From Lama guanicoe (lineage: Eukaryota), in the NCBI GenBank assembly GCA_013239625.1, contig MU053504.1, forward strand, positions 1,490,001-1,554,000: a stretch of DNA of 64,000 bases, read 5' to 3'. The notes beneath the pieces were generated by a model that saw only the letters and a program-made list of their open reading frames with translations, was not told the DNA's origin and did no database searches. Below, piece by piece: positions 31,846 through 44,572 of the stretch. Position numbers and translations under genes: made by a program. Numbering within the stretch: the first letter of the stretch is position 1; every line of letters starts with the position of its first letter.

Positions 31846-34800
31846 GTGATTTTGTTACACCTATAAAAAACTTACATTTTTACACTTGAAAAACTTAGAA
31901 ACATAAACTTCTTACCTGATAAAAATCTGCAAATGTATTTCTACAGACAATTCCAGATGATCTGATGAAACGAAGGACCTAGGGATTGGTCATCAGTTAC
32001 TATTAAAACTATTAGGGAACTTCATAATAGAAGGATCAAACTGAAGATCTTCTGATCAGTCATCTCTAAAATGACTACAACCAAATTTTTTGTTCCTATG
32101 ATGTGATCTGATAGGAAAAATATAACACCATTCATTAAATAATTTTACCACACCAAAATCAAATCAGGCCTAACTGATTAAGCTTCTAGATCTATCAGTC
32201 AGCTTACAAAATGTAATTGGAAAATTCAGAATGTGAGAAATCCTGTAGGACAAATTAACCTAGTTACTTCAAATAAATGGCAGGAAATAAAAAAAGTGGA
32301 GAAACTATTATGGATTAGAAAAGATTTGAGACATTAAATGTAATGTGTAGACTTTGTTTAGATCCTGTTTCATGCAAACCAACTGTAAAAAGATTTATGA
32401 GACCATTGGGAGTAATTTGAATACCACCGAATATATTAGGTGATTTTTAAACAATTATTTTAATTTTTTTAAAGATATGATAATAGTATTATAGTTATAT
32501 TAAAAGGAAAGACTCCTTTCTTTTAGAGATAAGTACTGAAGTATTTATGGATGAAATGATACAATGTCTGAAATTTGCTCTAAAATAATTCACTGTTTCT
32601 GGTGGGTTATAGATTATTTACTGTATATTGGTAATTATTGAAGCTGGATAATAGACATATTGGGGTTTATTATAGAGTTTGCTCCTGCTCTCAGTTTTAC
32701 TGGGTTTCAAGTCAGTTTGTTAGAAATAAAAAAGTAACATCTTCTGGCTAGTTTTAAAGAATAATTTCTCTTTCTGGGGAAGATAGACATTTGGTAGCTA
32801 GATTTAAAGGGAGATGTTTGTATAATTGGATAGGGTTGGAAAAATAAATATCATAATTTAGTAAGCACAACCATAGCGCTTCTTCCTTTTGGACCCATGT
32901 TTCTTTTTGACTATGACAGCCATTAAAACCAAGCATTGACTTGAAATCATACTTTCAGATTGCTTTGTCATAAGTTTTAAAATGAGATTTTTCAAGCATT
33001 GTGAGAAATATTTGATCAGATAGATCACACTAAATCTTTTAAATTTTATATTAATATCTTAGTGATAGCAATGATGGTTTTTATACTTATGCATATAAAG
33101 CCCATATTGCAAATCATTATTTTATTACATTTGGAAATGAATGAGTGTTTTGTGGTGTTCATATGTATTAGTACCTTTGTCATATTCATTGGTGAACATA
33201 TGTTGGGGATGTGCACATTGAATGATTGGCTGGGTATGCAGTGAAAAGGTTTCATTGTCATTATTGTGGAGAATGAATTGGACAGAGTATAGAGACTAAT
33301 TTGGTGATTGTTAGAGCAGATTTGGCCAGGGATGATGGTGTTCTGGACAGATTTTGGGATGGGGGAATGGTGATGGGGATGAGGATATGTGGATAATTAT
33401 GATTAAGCAGTAGAAGCATTAGTAGGGTTCCAGAGTTCTGGCTTTTTGGAAGTGATGATTGTTAGTGAACTGAGCTTTTGTGTGTGGGATGAAGTTAAAA
33501 CCCGACTGCTATAAATTGTTCAGTAGTTTTCAAATCTTGATTGACAAATAGGTTAACCAGCAATTAGTTTTCAAATATTGGTTGACAGGTGGCTTAATAA
33601 AACATTGTAAATGCATTAATACTACTCATTAATAAAGGGAATGTCCTCCATTGATGTGTCAACCGTACATCAGTATGTGGAATGGTTCCAGGACTTCCAC
33701 TGACCTTCTAAAAGGGAAAGTAGGGGTGTGCGTGGGAGAGCTTCCACAGGGATGCTTCTGGTCTCCTGGTGCCCCTTTCCATGTCTCCGGTGATTTGAAT
33801 GCTTTACCCACCTTTCAGGGAGTGAGGCCAGTCGCTGAATCAGAGCTTCTGCCTCTCTCTGTATGAGAGCACTGCTCTCTAGTGCTCCTTGCTTCCCACC
33901 TGGACTTGCTCACTTTGTTAATAGGAGCTGAATTTACAGTGACTTCCAACGTGTGTTTCTCTGTTTCTCCATTTTGAGGTGTTAGCCTGGCCCAGGATCT
34001 TGGTGCTAGGTAGAAGTCATAGAAGATGCTTTCTCTTCTGTAGTTTGTGCCCTGACAGCAGTAGTGCTGTTGGTAGCAGTTGTAAACGTCTAAGGCAGTG
34101 ATTCTCGGTAGTGGCTGGCTGTGATGGGGAGGAGGAGGTAAATTTGAAGAAGAATTTTTTTTTTAATGGAAAAGGCATGGCTTTATGTTTTTTAGTCAGT
34201 GTGCATTTAAATTTTTTGCTTCATTTAAAGGCATGTATGCATTTGAATGACTGATACGTGTATGTGATAAAATATTCAAATATTAGTACTAAAAATATAC
34301 AGTAGGAGGTAATTCTCTCTCCCTCATCTTCCAGCTTACCCCTTCAGCAGCATCCCCAGGTACTCTGAACAGTACTTGTGAAACCTTTCAGAAACAGTAC
34401 ATACCCATACAATACGAGAGTTACTTAAGGTTGACATTTCTACCAATATTTCCTACTTTTTCACTTGCACTCAGTTTTCAAAGGTACTACTGTGTAGAAG
34501 ACTGTTGTAGAGCAAGTAGTGGTTAACAGAGCACTTTGGTTGTGTGTGTTTTTTAACGTCTGAGTGGGGCTTTAGTGCTCAGAAGGGACTACTTAAAATT
34601 ACTTGGGTTTCAAATTAATACTCGATTTACTTAAGTGGCAAATTAAAAACCTAATTTTCCGTTAGTCTTGTTATTGTACTTACAAGCATTGTAATTTTTG
34701 TATGGAAATAAGAACAGTAACTTTCATTTGCTCTTTAATTAATGTTAATTCAAGCTTGACTGATTAGATTCCTCCATACCCCTTTGTTAGTGATTTTTTT

Positions 34801-37800
34801 AGATATTTAAAATACATTTATACCATTAGTCTGTCAAACACAGCCAGTCCTTGACAGGTCAGAGTTACTGCCTTAACAAGCAGAGCACTTGAGCATTACT
34901 AAGAAATTAAATTTATAAATGTAGCAAAGCAGGTTCTTTTAAGATTTTCAGTGCTTTTCATTAGCTGAATCTGAATTACCACCATTTAAAAAACACGTAT
35001 CCTAAACTTAACTCCGAAGAACCGTGAACTTGGTACACATCATCTGGTTACTAACATCTTTTTCTTCAGGAATGGCCATGTCACCCAATTAAGGAGGACA
35101 GCTTTTCCACCCAAGAGAGCCAGGGTTACGGGGCTGAAAATAGACCACAGTGCAGTTATCGGTCAGAGGTTCAAGACTGAGAGAAGAGAGCTCAGGGCTC
35201 TGTGTTACCAGGATCATTTCTGCTTAACAGGCGCCCTTCCTGTGTTAGAGCCCTGAGTTTTCTGCATTAGTCGGGGAGATTGATGTCTGGCATTTGTTTT
35301 GTGATCCCCTATATGTTTTGTTTTGGCTTTTTCAAATTAACCTCTTCCCCTCCCCCAAATCAGATTGGATTTTGTTTTTCTTTCATATAGTCCTGTCAGG
35401 CCTTGTAGTTATTTTAATTTGGGGAGTTGGAAGTGACTAGAGTTCGTATCCCACACCTGCAGTGCTTTGCGAAGTTGGGCAGAGTAACTACTTGCCCCTT
35501 CTGACACTGTTCCTTCACCCAGTGAATTGGTTCAGCAGCAGTACGCTCTCATTGCACGTGTTAAGGATTAGACAGTGCGTGTCAAGTGCTCAGCAGTTCT
35601 TAGCATGTAGTAAACTTTCACTAGAGGTTAGGAAATACTATAATGTTTTTGATTCTATTTGTCTTTTCTCCCTAGTGGTTGGGATATAGTGTAGCTATGT
35701 ACTTGGTTACAGAGTTATTTTTATCTTCTGGTTTCAAGGAGGGGAAATGTGGACAGGATGGGAGAGGGATGAGAGAGGGAGAAGAATTGAGTAAATGTGA
35801 TAAACTGTACAACGTTTGCTCCCTGAACCATCTTCCCTGGGGTTTTGTGACACACTTTCCTGGTCTTTCTCTGCCTCGCTATCCACTCCTCGGTTCCCTT
35901 AGGCCTCTCTTTGACCACTCTTTGACTTGCCAGAGTCCGTCCTTAGCCCCCTTCTGTTTTATCCTACACATTCTTCCTGAAAGCACATCCCTAAGCCCGT
36001 GCTTTCTGCTTCCAGCTCCTTGCTAATTAGGAGAAAATTTGTCCTCATCACTGGATGGTAACCAACTGGCCATCTCCATTGGACTGTTTCCCAGGCACCT
36101 GTAACAGGCTCAGAACTGACCTCAGCTTCCCTTTAATTGTATTATTTTTGTGTTCTCTGAATGATGAATGGCCCAGCTCTGTAACCCAAACCAGAAACTT
36201 GGGTGACGTTGTTCATCTGGTTGGTGATGTATTCCTGTCTGTTTTAACTTTAATATTTCTTAAATTTGCTGGCTCTCCCCCATCTTTTCTGTTCCTTGGT
36301 TCTGGTTTCTTCTCACTTAGATGGCTGCTGCAGACTCCCTGGTTGTCTGCCCATTATTATTTCCTCGTTCCAGGTCATTTATCACATTGCTGCCTAGAGT
36401 GATCTTTTTGACTTCTTTATCTAATCACAGCATTCCCAGTTTAAAATCCTCTGGATAAAATCCAGACTCCTCCTCAGAGCAAGCTTTTGTGATCCAGCCC
36501 CTCTTAATCTTTTAGTCTTACCTTTTCCTGTGCCCACTACATCTTGACCACGCTGTTCACCTTGTCACTAAGAATTGCCACACAACTTCAGTGCCCATGT
36601 TTGTGTGTTTAAGATCATTCGTTGTCCACTTCTTTATTTGCAAATAAGTCGTTTGTGGGACCAGTCACTGGAAGGCCAAGTAGTGCTGAACACACTTGGT
36701 GACTTTTTTGTAGTTGTTTAAAAGAGAAAGCGGTGGGAGAACCGGTGTTATATATGACATGTATGTTTAGGCATGCCTAGCTAAAAAAAAAAACAAACCA
36801 GAACAAGCTGTAGTAGTAGTCAACGCAATAGCCATGTTCTGAGTGGTGATTTAATTCCAGCATTAAATCTATTGTTATGTATTTATATTGTTAATTTGAA
36901 TCTCATTAGTTTTATATTTTTATACTTAATTTGTGAATTTGTTTTTATTTTATAGCTGTATGATAGCACAGTGTTATATTTATTCTTTAATAAAAAATTT
37001 TAATTAGCATTGGAGGTGTGTTAAGAATTTTGTTTTCCTTTAAAAGGGTCTCTTTATCTCTCAAATATGAGAAACGCTGCAGTAGTGATTTTGTTTTGAT
37101 CTTATTAATAGCTTTGGTCATTCTGAGCGGAGTCCGTGGGTGCTCAAATCAGAGGCAGTTTTCTACACACCATTTCTCATAATTGAATTTTGTTGCATTA
37201 GAAAAAAAACTTTGAAATCATGAGTACAGTTGCTGATTGATAGCAAATCCAGCTTCCTTTGAAGGAGTCTGAAGACAGCACTGCCCTGAATAGATTGTGA
37301 CTCCATCTCTATCTGTATGGAGCAACTGCAGGCAGAACTGAGTTGGTTATCAGCAAAGAGTTCAACTGCTCTAACCCACAAGTGAATGGATAGACCAGGC
37401 TCCAACCCTCTCAACAACTGAAGAGAGCATGATTTGAATGAGTATAGTCTGAAAAAAATGTCAAAGTTGCAGTCCTTGTTATCCATCTTAGCTATAGAAA
37501 GGTATCAGTATTTCTAATCTGCCTAGTTTCAGACAGCATTATTTTCTGGTGAGTCCTCTGGTGAGGATAGCTCTTTTGGAAAAGGTAATTCTAGAAAACA
37601 GAACTGTGCTGTTTAAAAAAATTGTTGAATATTAACGTCGAGCTCAGAATGATTATTTTCATTTTAAAATTGTTGATCCTAAGTTATTTTTTGTGTTAGT
37701 AGCTTAGAAGAATCATTTTTCTATTAAGGTAGTTGTTCTTGACATCAGAACAATATTTATCAGCCTAGAAGAGATAACTTCTTTTTTTGTCTTTTACATT

Positions 37801-37899
37801 TCAAATAATTGTGATAGAATTTTAAAAGAAGGATGCAAGATTTTATATTCTGTGCAGTGTTATCTGATCTGGCAGGAGTCTGTTGAATTCTACCCTGTG

Positions 37900-39950
37900 A
37901 TTCTTAGAACGGCTGGGCTGTTGACACCATTTATCAAATTGAGGATGTTCCCCTCCATTCCTTGTTGCAAAGAGTTTTTAATGAATGATGTTAAATTACA
38001 TCCCATACTTTTTCTGCATCTATTGATATACATATATTTCTTTAAATTGTCAATATGATGAATTACATTAATCAACTCTTCATGAGAAAATGCTATTATA
38101 TTCTTCTTTTAAGCTCATTTTATCAAATTTTTATTATAAAATATAGATAACAAAATGTACCATTTTCACTATTTTTAAGTGTTCAGTTCAGTGTACATTC
38201 GCATTGATTGTTGTGCTTTTGTCACCACTATCTATCTCCATAACTCTTTCATCATCTCCAACTGGAACTCTGTACTCTAAATTTAAACAGTAAGTTCCCT
38301 GTTTCTCCCTCTCTGTAGCTGTTGGCAACTACCTTTCTATTAAGTAGTTTTAAAATTAAACACAATTTGGTCATGATGTGTACTGTATTATCATTTTTAT
38401 CTTATACATTGATGGTATCAGATTCCTGATATTTTGGTTGGATTTTTTTTCAACAACAGTTCAGACTATTTTCTAATTTCCATTGTTATTTTTCTTCTTT
38501 GATTCATGGATTATTTATAAGTGTGTCTTTTAATTTTCAACCATGAGGGTTTTCTTTTTTATATGAACTTACAGATTTAATTGCATTGTGGTTAAAGAAT
38601 ATGGCCTGTATGATTTTAGTCCTTGGGAAATCAATATTTATTTGCTGTTTGGCCGAGTATATTCTTCACCCAGATTCTACATTATTAATGTTAAATTATT
38701 AACATTTTATCATAACTGCCTTATCTTTGTCATTGTATCCTTCTAGCTATACAATTTTTCTGAATCATTTGAGAGATAAGTTGCAGACATAAGGCTCTGT
38801 AACCTCTGAATCAGTATGTATATCCTGAAAACAGAAGAGGATACTGCTGCCTAATTCACAGACACCAACCACTCAGATTTCACTGATCTCCTAGTTATAT
38901 TCTTTTCAGAAAAAGGAAACAAAACCCCAAAAGATCAATAATAACCCAACTTTCCCCCCAAAAACAAAAACAGAAAAACCTCTTCCCTTTCCCCTTGTCT
39001 TTCCAATTCAGAGACCATCCAGGACCATGCCTTGTATTTAGTTATCATGTCTCTTCAGTTTCCTTCAATTTGGTATTAAAATCATCTTGTTTTCAATGAG
39101 CTTGACATTTTATAAGAAAAGGCCATTTACTTTGTAGAGTGTTCGTCAATTTTGCTTAGTCTGATGTTTCCTTATAAACAGATTTAGGTTATGCATTTTG
39201 GGCAGGAATACCACAGACAAGATGAGTTCTCACTGCATCATATCAGGAGGCACATGTCAATTTGTCTCATTCTGTTATGTTAAATTTTATCACTTGGTTA
39301 AGATGTGTGACATGTTTCTACACTGTGAAGTCAGTTCAAAGTGTTTTGCACTTGATAATAAGTAAATATTATACCTTTTGTGGGATGATACTTTGAGGCT
39401 ATGTAAATAGTTCATTTCTCACCAAATTTTTACCTACTAGTTTCACCATCCATTGATGATTTGTGCCTGAGTCAGTTATTACTACAGTGGTTACCATATG
39501 GTGAAATTTTAAAAATGTCATCATTCCTTCTGCTTTCATCATTTGGCATTTCACTGTAAGGAAAAGCTTTCTCTCCCTTTTTTCCCCCTTTTTTAAAAAT
39601 AATTTAAATGTATCAGCATGAATTCCTGGAACCTATTATTCATTTATTGCTTATTCTCATGCTCAAAATTGTCGCAGATTTGGCCAAGGGAACCTTTTCA
39701 AGCTGGCTCCTGTGAACTTTTCTCATGTCCCCATCAGTCTGATCACTTATGTTTCTTACTTTTTGGCACAGTGAGATTTTCCATGCGCATGTTTCACTGC
39801 CCCAGTCCTGGAATCAACGATTTCATCAAGAAACTCTGGTTCCTCTTATTAGAGGATGCATTTAGGAAACAAGATCTGAATGCCAGATATGTTCTTTGGG
39901 GTGTCATTGCTCTTCAGCTCTATTAGAGGTCAGAGATAGGATATTGTTTT
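37900..39950. mobile_element. Nested old L1M/L1MC fragments
   Basis: ORF 37890..38075(-) INVIHHIDNLKK...IKNSLQQGMEGNILNLINGV resembles L1 RT; L1MC-like 3'UTR text at 39020-39900. Confidence 0.55.
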
Positions 39951-40280
39951 AAAATGTACCTGGGATTTAACTTATAGATATGACTGATTGATGACATGAA
40001 GAGGTCAGTGCCATTAAAGAAAATTTATTATTCATGGTTCCCAGAGGCACTGTGCTATGCAGGGCCACATGGGAGAAGCACCAGGGTCAGTCAGGAGGCA
40101 AGAGTGAGGGGAAAGTATGGATGAGAGCCTTTATCACTGTGGTGGTGGGAATGTCCCCTATTGGGCAGAAGTGAAACACACATGTTGGGATTTGTGGTTG
40201 GAGGGCTTGAAATACATTTATACATAATACATACATATATATATGTATACACAAACATCCATATCTGCCTATAAATATTG

Positions 40281-40534
40281 GGGTTTTTTTTAACATTTTT
40301 TAAATTGAGTTATAGTCAGTTTACAGTGTGTCAGTTTCCAGTGTAGCGCACAATTTTCAGTTATACATGAACATACATATATTCATTGTCACATTTTTTT
40401 TTCGCTGTGAGCCACCATAAGATCTTGTATATATTTCCCTGTGCTATAGACTATAATCTTGTTTATCTATTCTACATATGTCTGTCAGTATCTACAAATT
40501 TCGAACTCCCAGTCTGTCCCTTCCCATCCCCCTC
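40281..40534 (-). mobile_element. Short L1 3'-UTR insertion
   Basis: Homologous to 28500-28716; perfect flanking direct repeat cctataaatattg at 40268-40280 and 40535-40547. Confidence 0.85.
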
Positions 40535-42284
40535 CCTATAAATATTGTTGGAAACCATGATTTTGCTCTGATACCTTTAATTCTCTTTCAGTACCACGGG
40601 TTTTTTCCTAGTCTCTTCTCTTTTCTGAATTCGTATCACCTTTATCTGACATCTAGAATCTCACTTTCTGTCTTTTTTTGCTCCAGCCCCCTTGTGGGTA
40701 ACAATCTCCTGATGGTGAGGGCCATCTCACTAACCCTAGCCCCACTGAAAGTGCTGGCTGAGTACCCCTGTCTAGTTCTAAAATGAGCAAAGACAGTTCT
40801 TACTTTGCTCAGTTCCAATATGCATGAATTTCTGTTAACATAGTTTAACTAAATGACAGTTAATGAAATGCAAAGTATAACTTGTGACCAGGAATAGCTT
40901 CTCTAAAACTTTTAAAATTTACTCTGACCCTGTAATAGCTGGTTAATACCTCCCTAGACATTATTCAATTGAAGGTAGCCTTTTTTTCCCAAGGAAAATT
41001 ACAATCTTTGTGCTACTCTCAGCTGAACTTTACATAGCTCTGCATTTCCCTCTGTCAGTTCCTCTTGAAATAGTGGGTGGATAGCAGAAGAGAGGATATG
41101 TACAAAAATGTATTTTTAGTTCTCTTGAACAGAGGGGTTGCTCCAGCCATTGCTGTTGATGACAGGAAGTATATTTATAGCTCTTGGGAAGTAGGGTCCT
41201 GGTTTAAGAAAACCTGGGAGGCTGTACCTAATATGTTTCATTAAAGCTCATTTGTGCTTCATAGGAAATGAAGTTGAGATGAATGGAATCATAACTTATG
41301 AAGTATAGTTATTTTCATAAGTATTTTCAGTCTGCTCCTGAATTTGGAAGAACTTTCCATTTTGAAATTTCACAATTTGTAACACCTAAAATAAAGGACA
41401 TTTCTAGAGTATACAGGATGTGTGTGGAGAGTTCAGATAGTATCAGGCAGTTGTATAGTTGAGAAGTTACCAAACTTTGTTCCCAATTAGATATTATTCA
41501 TAAAGTTTTTGCTGGTACAGCTTCTATTGTAATATTCTTTTAAAGACTGAAACCAAAAATAATTGTTTATAGATCATAAGATAATCTCTGTAAAACCAAT
41601 TTGGGGGTATTCCACTAGGCACCATGTAACTTTCTCATAAGTATGATTGGGACAGGACTTTTGCCATTGATTATCACGTACAATGAACACATTAAACTCA
41701 AGTTAAATTATTCTGAAGCTTTTCTTTTTTTTTTTTTTCCAACGAAGCAAAAGAGTTGGTTTCCAGGGATACATCTTCTCTCTTACACTGGTCTCAGATT
41801 GATGCAGTCATGGAAACCAGGCAGTAAACTCATTCTTGGCAGCTGCCAGCACTGGTCTGATCCTTTCGTTTAAAAGCATGGAAGTCTTTAATAATTCATT
41901 TTGAGGAGGTTGGTGCCAAATGATTCCAGGTCATCCCCGAGTGGGGGTGGGAATGTTATCAAATACATTTAAGTGATTCGGTTAAGACAGGTTGCTAAAC
42001 AAAACTGCAGTGATTTAACAAAGATTTTTATGTTTCATTTAAATTGGACTATAAAATACAGAATTACTAATGTTTAGTCCTTTTAAAGAATATTTTAAAA
42101 CATTCCTAAGCATAATTTGAGGATTTTTTTTGTTTTTCACTTTATGAATTTAAAATGTTAAGAACTGTAGATATGCTGAGCTTTCTTTAGCACAATGAAG
42201 ATTTTCAACTGACCCACTAAAGTCTGTCCACTGATGAAATGAAAATAGGAAATAATGTGCTCTTCAGAATATTTTGTGGATTCT

Positions 42285-42490
42285 GAAGCTGACTGCCTTG
42301 GTTCAGATTTCCATCTCTGCTACTATATGTGTAACCTTGGTGAAGTTACTTAACCTTTCTGTGTCTCACTTTCCTTTCTGCAAAATGGGGCATAGTAACA
42401 TCCATTTTCATAAGGTTATGGTGAGGAGTAAATGAGCTAAATTAGGTAACATGCCTAACTTATAGGGAGCATTCAGTAAGTTTTGGCTAT
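42285..42490. mobile_element. MIR remnant
   Basis: gtaaccttggtgaagttacttaacctttctgtgtctcactttcctttctgcaaaatgggg; similar MIRs at ~35420-35640, 49960-50175 and 55200-55410. Confidence 0.75.
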
Positions 42491-42622
42491 TCTATTTATA
42501 CGTAAGAAATAGAGTTATTGATGAGGTTGTAAAGGCTGAAAAATAAATTCAGAGGTTTGTACTGAGTTCATTTATGAAAGACCTTTAAAGGAAGGAAGAT
42601 GTTTTTTGACATAGGTACTGTT

Positions 42623-42692
42623 GTTTTTTAAATTGAAGTATATAGTCAGTTACAGTGTGTCAATTTCTGCTATACAGCATAATGTTTCAGTC
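42623..42692 (-). mobile_element. Very short L1 3'-end insertion
   Basis: ttttttaaattgaagtatatagtcagttacagtgtgtcaatttctg matches the L1 terminus; imperfect TSD cataggtactgtt / catatgtactatt. Confidence 0.7.
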
Positions 42693-43924
42693 CATATGTA
42701 CTATTTTTTAGGTTAACAAGGGTGATGGTGGATTTAAGAATCTCTTCCCTATCCCAAATGAATAAACCATCTGTTTTCTTGTCTCTTTTAAAGATTTAGT
42801 ATTGGGTTTACATAACTTAGCAAGATACTTGTCAATTTGAGAACCAGTCATTGATTGTTTGATTGCTGCATGCTAGGTAAGTGCTAGGATTTTAAACGTG
42901 AATGAGACACATCCTCTTCTTCCCTGGACAGCTTCCTGTTTTGGAAGAATGTGGATGGAGAACAGTGAAGAAGTGAGAATGACCTATTCTCACAAAACTT
43001 AATTCTTTATAAATTATGTTAAATGCTACACTAGCAGAATTTTAAATTAAAAAATGATATGGTGATAGGAGAGAGCACAACTTAACTTAAGAAATATGCA
43101 AAACTAATATGAAGAAAACTATAAAGCTTTACTGAAGGATTTTTAAAAGATATAAATAAATTCAGTATTTATGCTATGTTCCTGAATGTGAGAATGTGAG
43201 ACTTACTTATAAAGATATTGTATAGACATTAGTGCTCCTCAAATTATTCTACAGCTTTAATGCATATTGTTTGTAAGCCCAATAAGATGAACCTTTTCGA
43301 GAGCTTGACACATTGTATATACAGTTCACTTGGAAGAGTAAATTCGGTAGTTGAGAAAATTTTGAAAAACTTTGAAAAAGAACGATAATTGGAGGGCAGT
43401 AGAAGTGGGGAGGGTATGTGACACTGGACCCTCCAGATAGTAAAGTATATCAGAAAGTTAAAGATATTTAAGACAGTTTGGCATTAGAATAGGCAAAACA
43501 AGTATTTAGGGCAGAACAGTAAGTTCAGAAACAGACCTGGACTGTATGGGAATTTAGAATGTGATAAAAATAGCATTTAAAAATCAGAAAAGAACAGAGT
43601 AGTCAATAAATGGTCCTGCAACAGTGGGCTGTTTGGGGGAAAAAGTAAATAAAGATTGCTAATTTAGACTATGCTCAAATAATCACCAGATTATAGAGTA
43701 TACTTAACCAGATTACTGAATTAACCACATTTTTCATTCTTAAGAATGTACTGAGTGATTTCTTAAAATAAGCTGAACATTCATGGCGGATAGACTACTC
43801 TTGCCTTCTGCAGTCACTGGTTGAATTTATACTTTCAGGAGTCAGTATGTTCTAAACCTGGTTTTATGCCAGTTATACTTAGTATTATAATTTTGTAGCC
43901 TAATTAAATATTATAAACCAAGGT

Positions 43925-44038
43925 GGGGGAGGGTAAAGCTCAGTGATAGGGTGTGTGCTTAACATGCACGAGGCCCTGCGTTCAATCCCTACTACCTCCA
44001 TTAAGAAATAATAAATAATAAATAGATAAACAAACCCC
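43925..44038 (+). mobile_element. tRNA-derived SINE (Vic-1-like)
   Basis: gggggagggtaaagctcagtgatagggtgtgtgcttaacatgcacgaggccctgcgttcaatccc plus (AATA)n tail. Confidence 0.85.
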
Positions 44039-44572
44039 AATGAAATATGAATATAAAAATAATATGTTTTTGAGAAAGTTAAGTTGAAAATCTTGAAAGG
44101 ATTGGCTAAATACACGTCCTTCCCCAGCCAGATTAGTTTTGGGCATGAACACTTTAAAAGATTAAGGGAAAAAAATCATAAAAATCTTATTAAAGTTTCT
44201 GTGCTCAGTTGTCCCACGTTTTGTCTAAGTTCTTGTTTCATTCTAGAGAAATTGAAGTTTGAAATCATAGATATGTATATGATCTATGCACGAAAGAACA
44301 TGTGAAACAGTAATTGGTAGATCTGTACTCAAAAAAGATGTCTTGGCATTCGACCAAAATATTGGCAGGTGAATGTACATGTATTTGTTTTAAGTAAAAA
44401 TCAAGTATTCAAGTTACATACACTTTTTTTTTGAATACCTGATTTACTATATTTTTTAATGTAACCAGTCAGGCCCAGGTCTTATTTGTGGCAGATGTAA
44501 GTTTTTACCAATCCTTGGAGGAACTAGAGGAGATGCTTTTCTATGCTTAGGCTAAAGAAAACTTTCTCAAAG

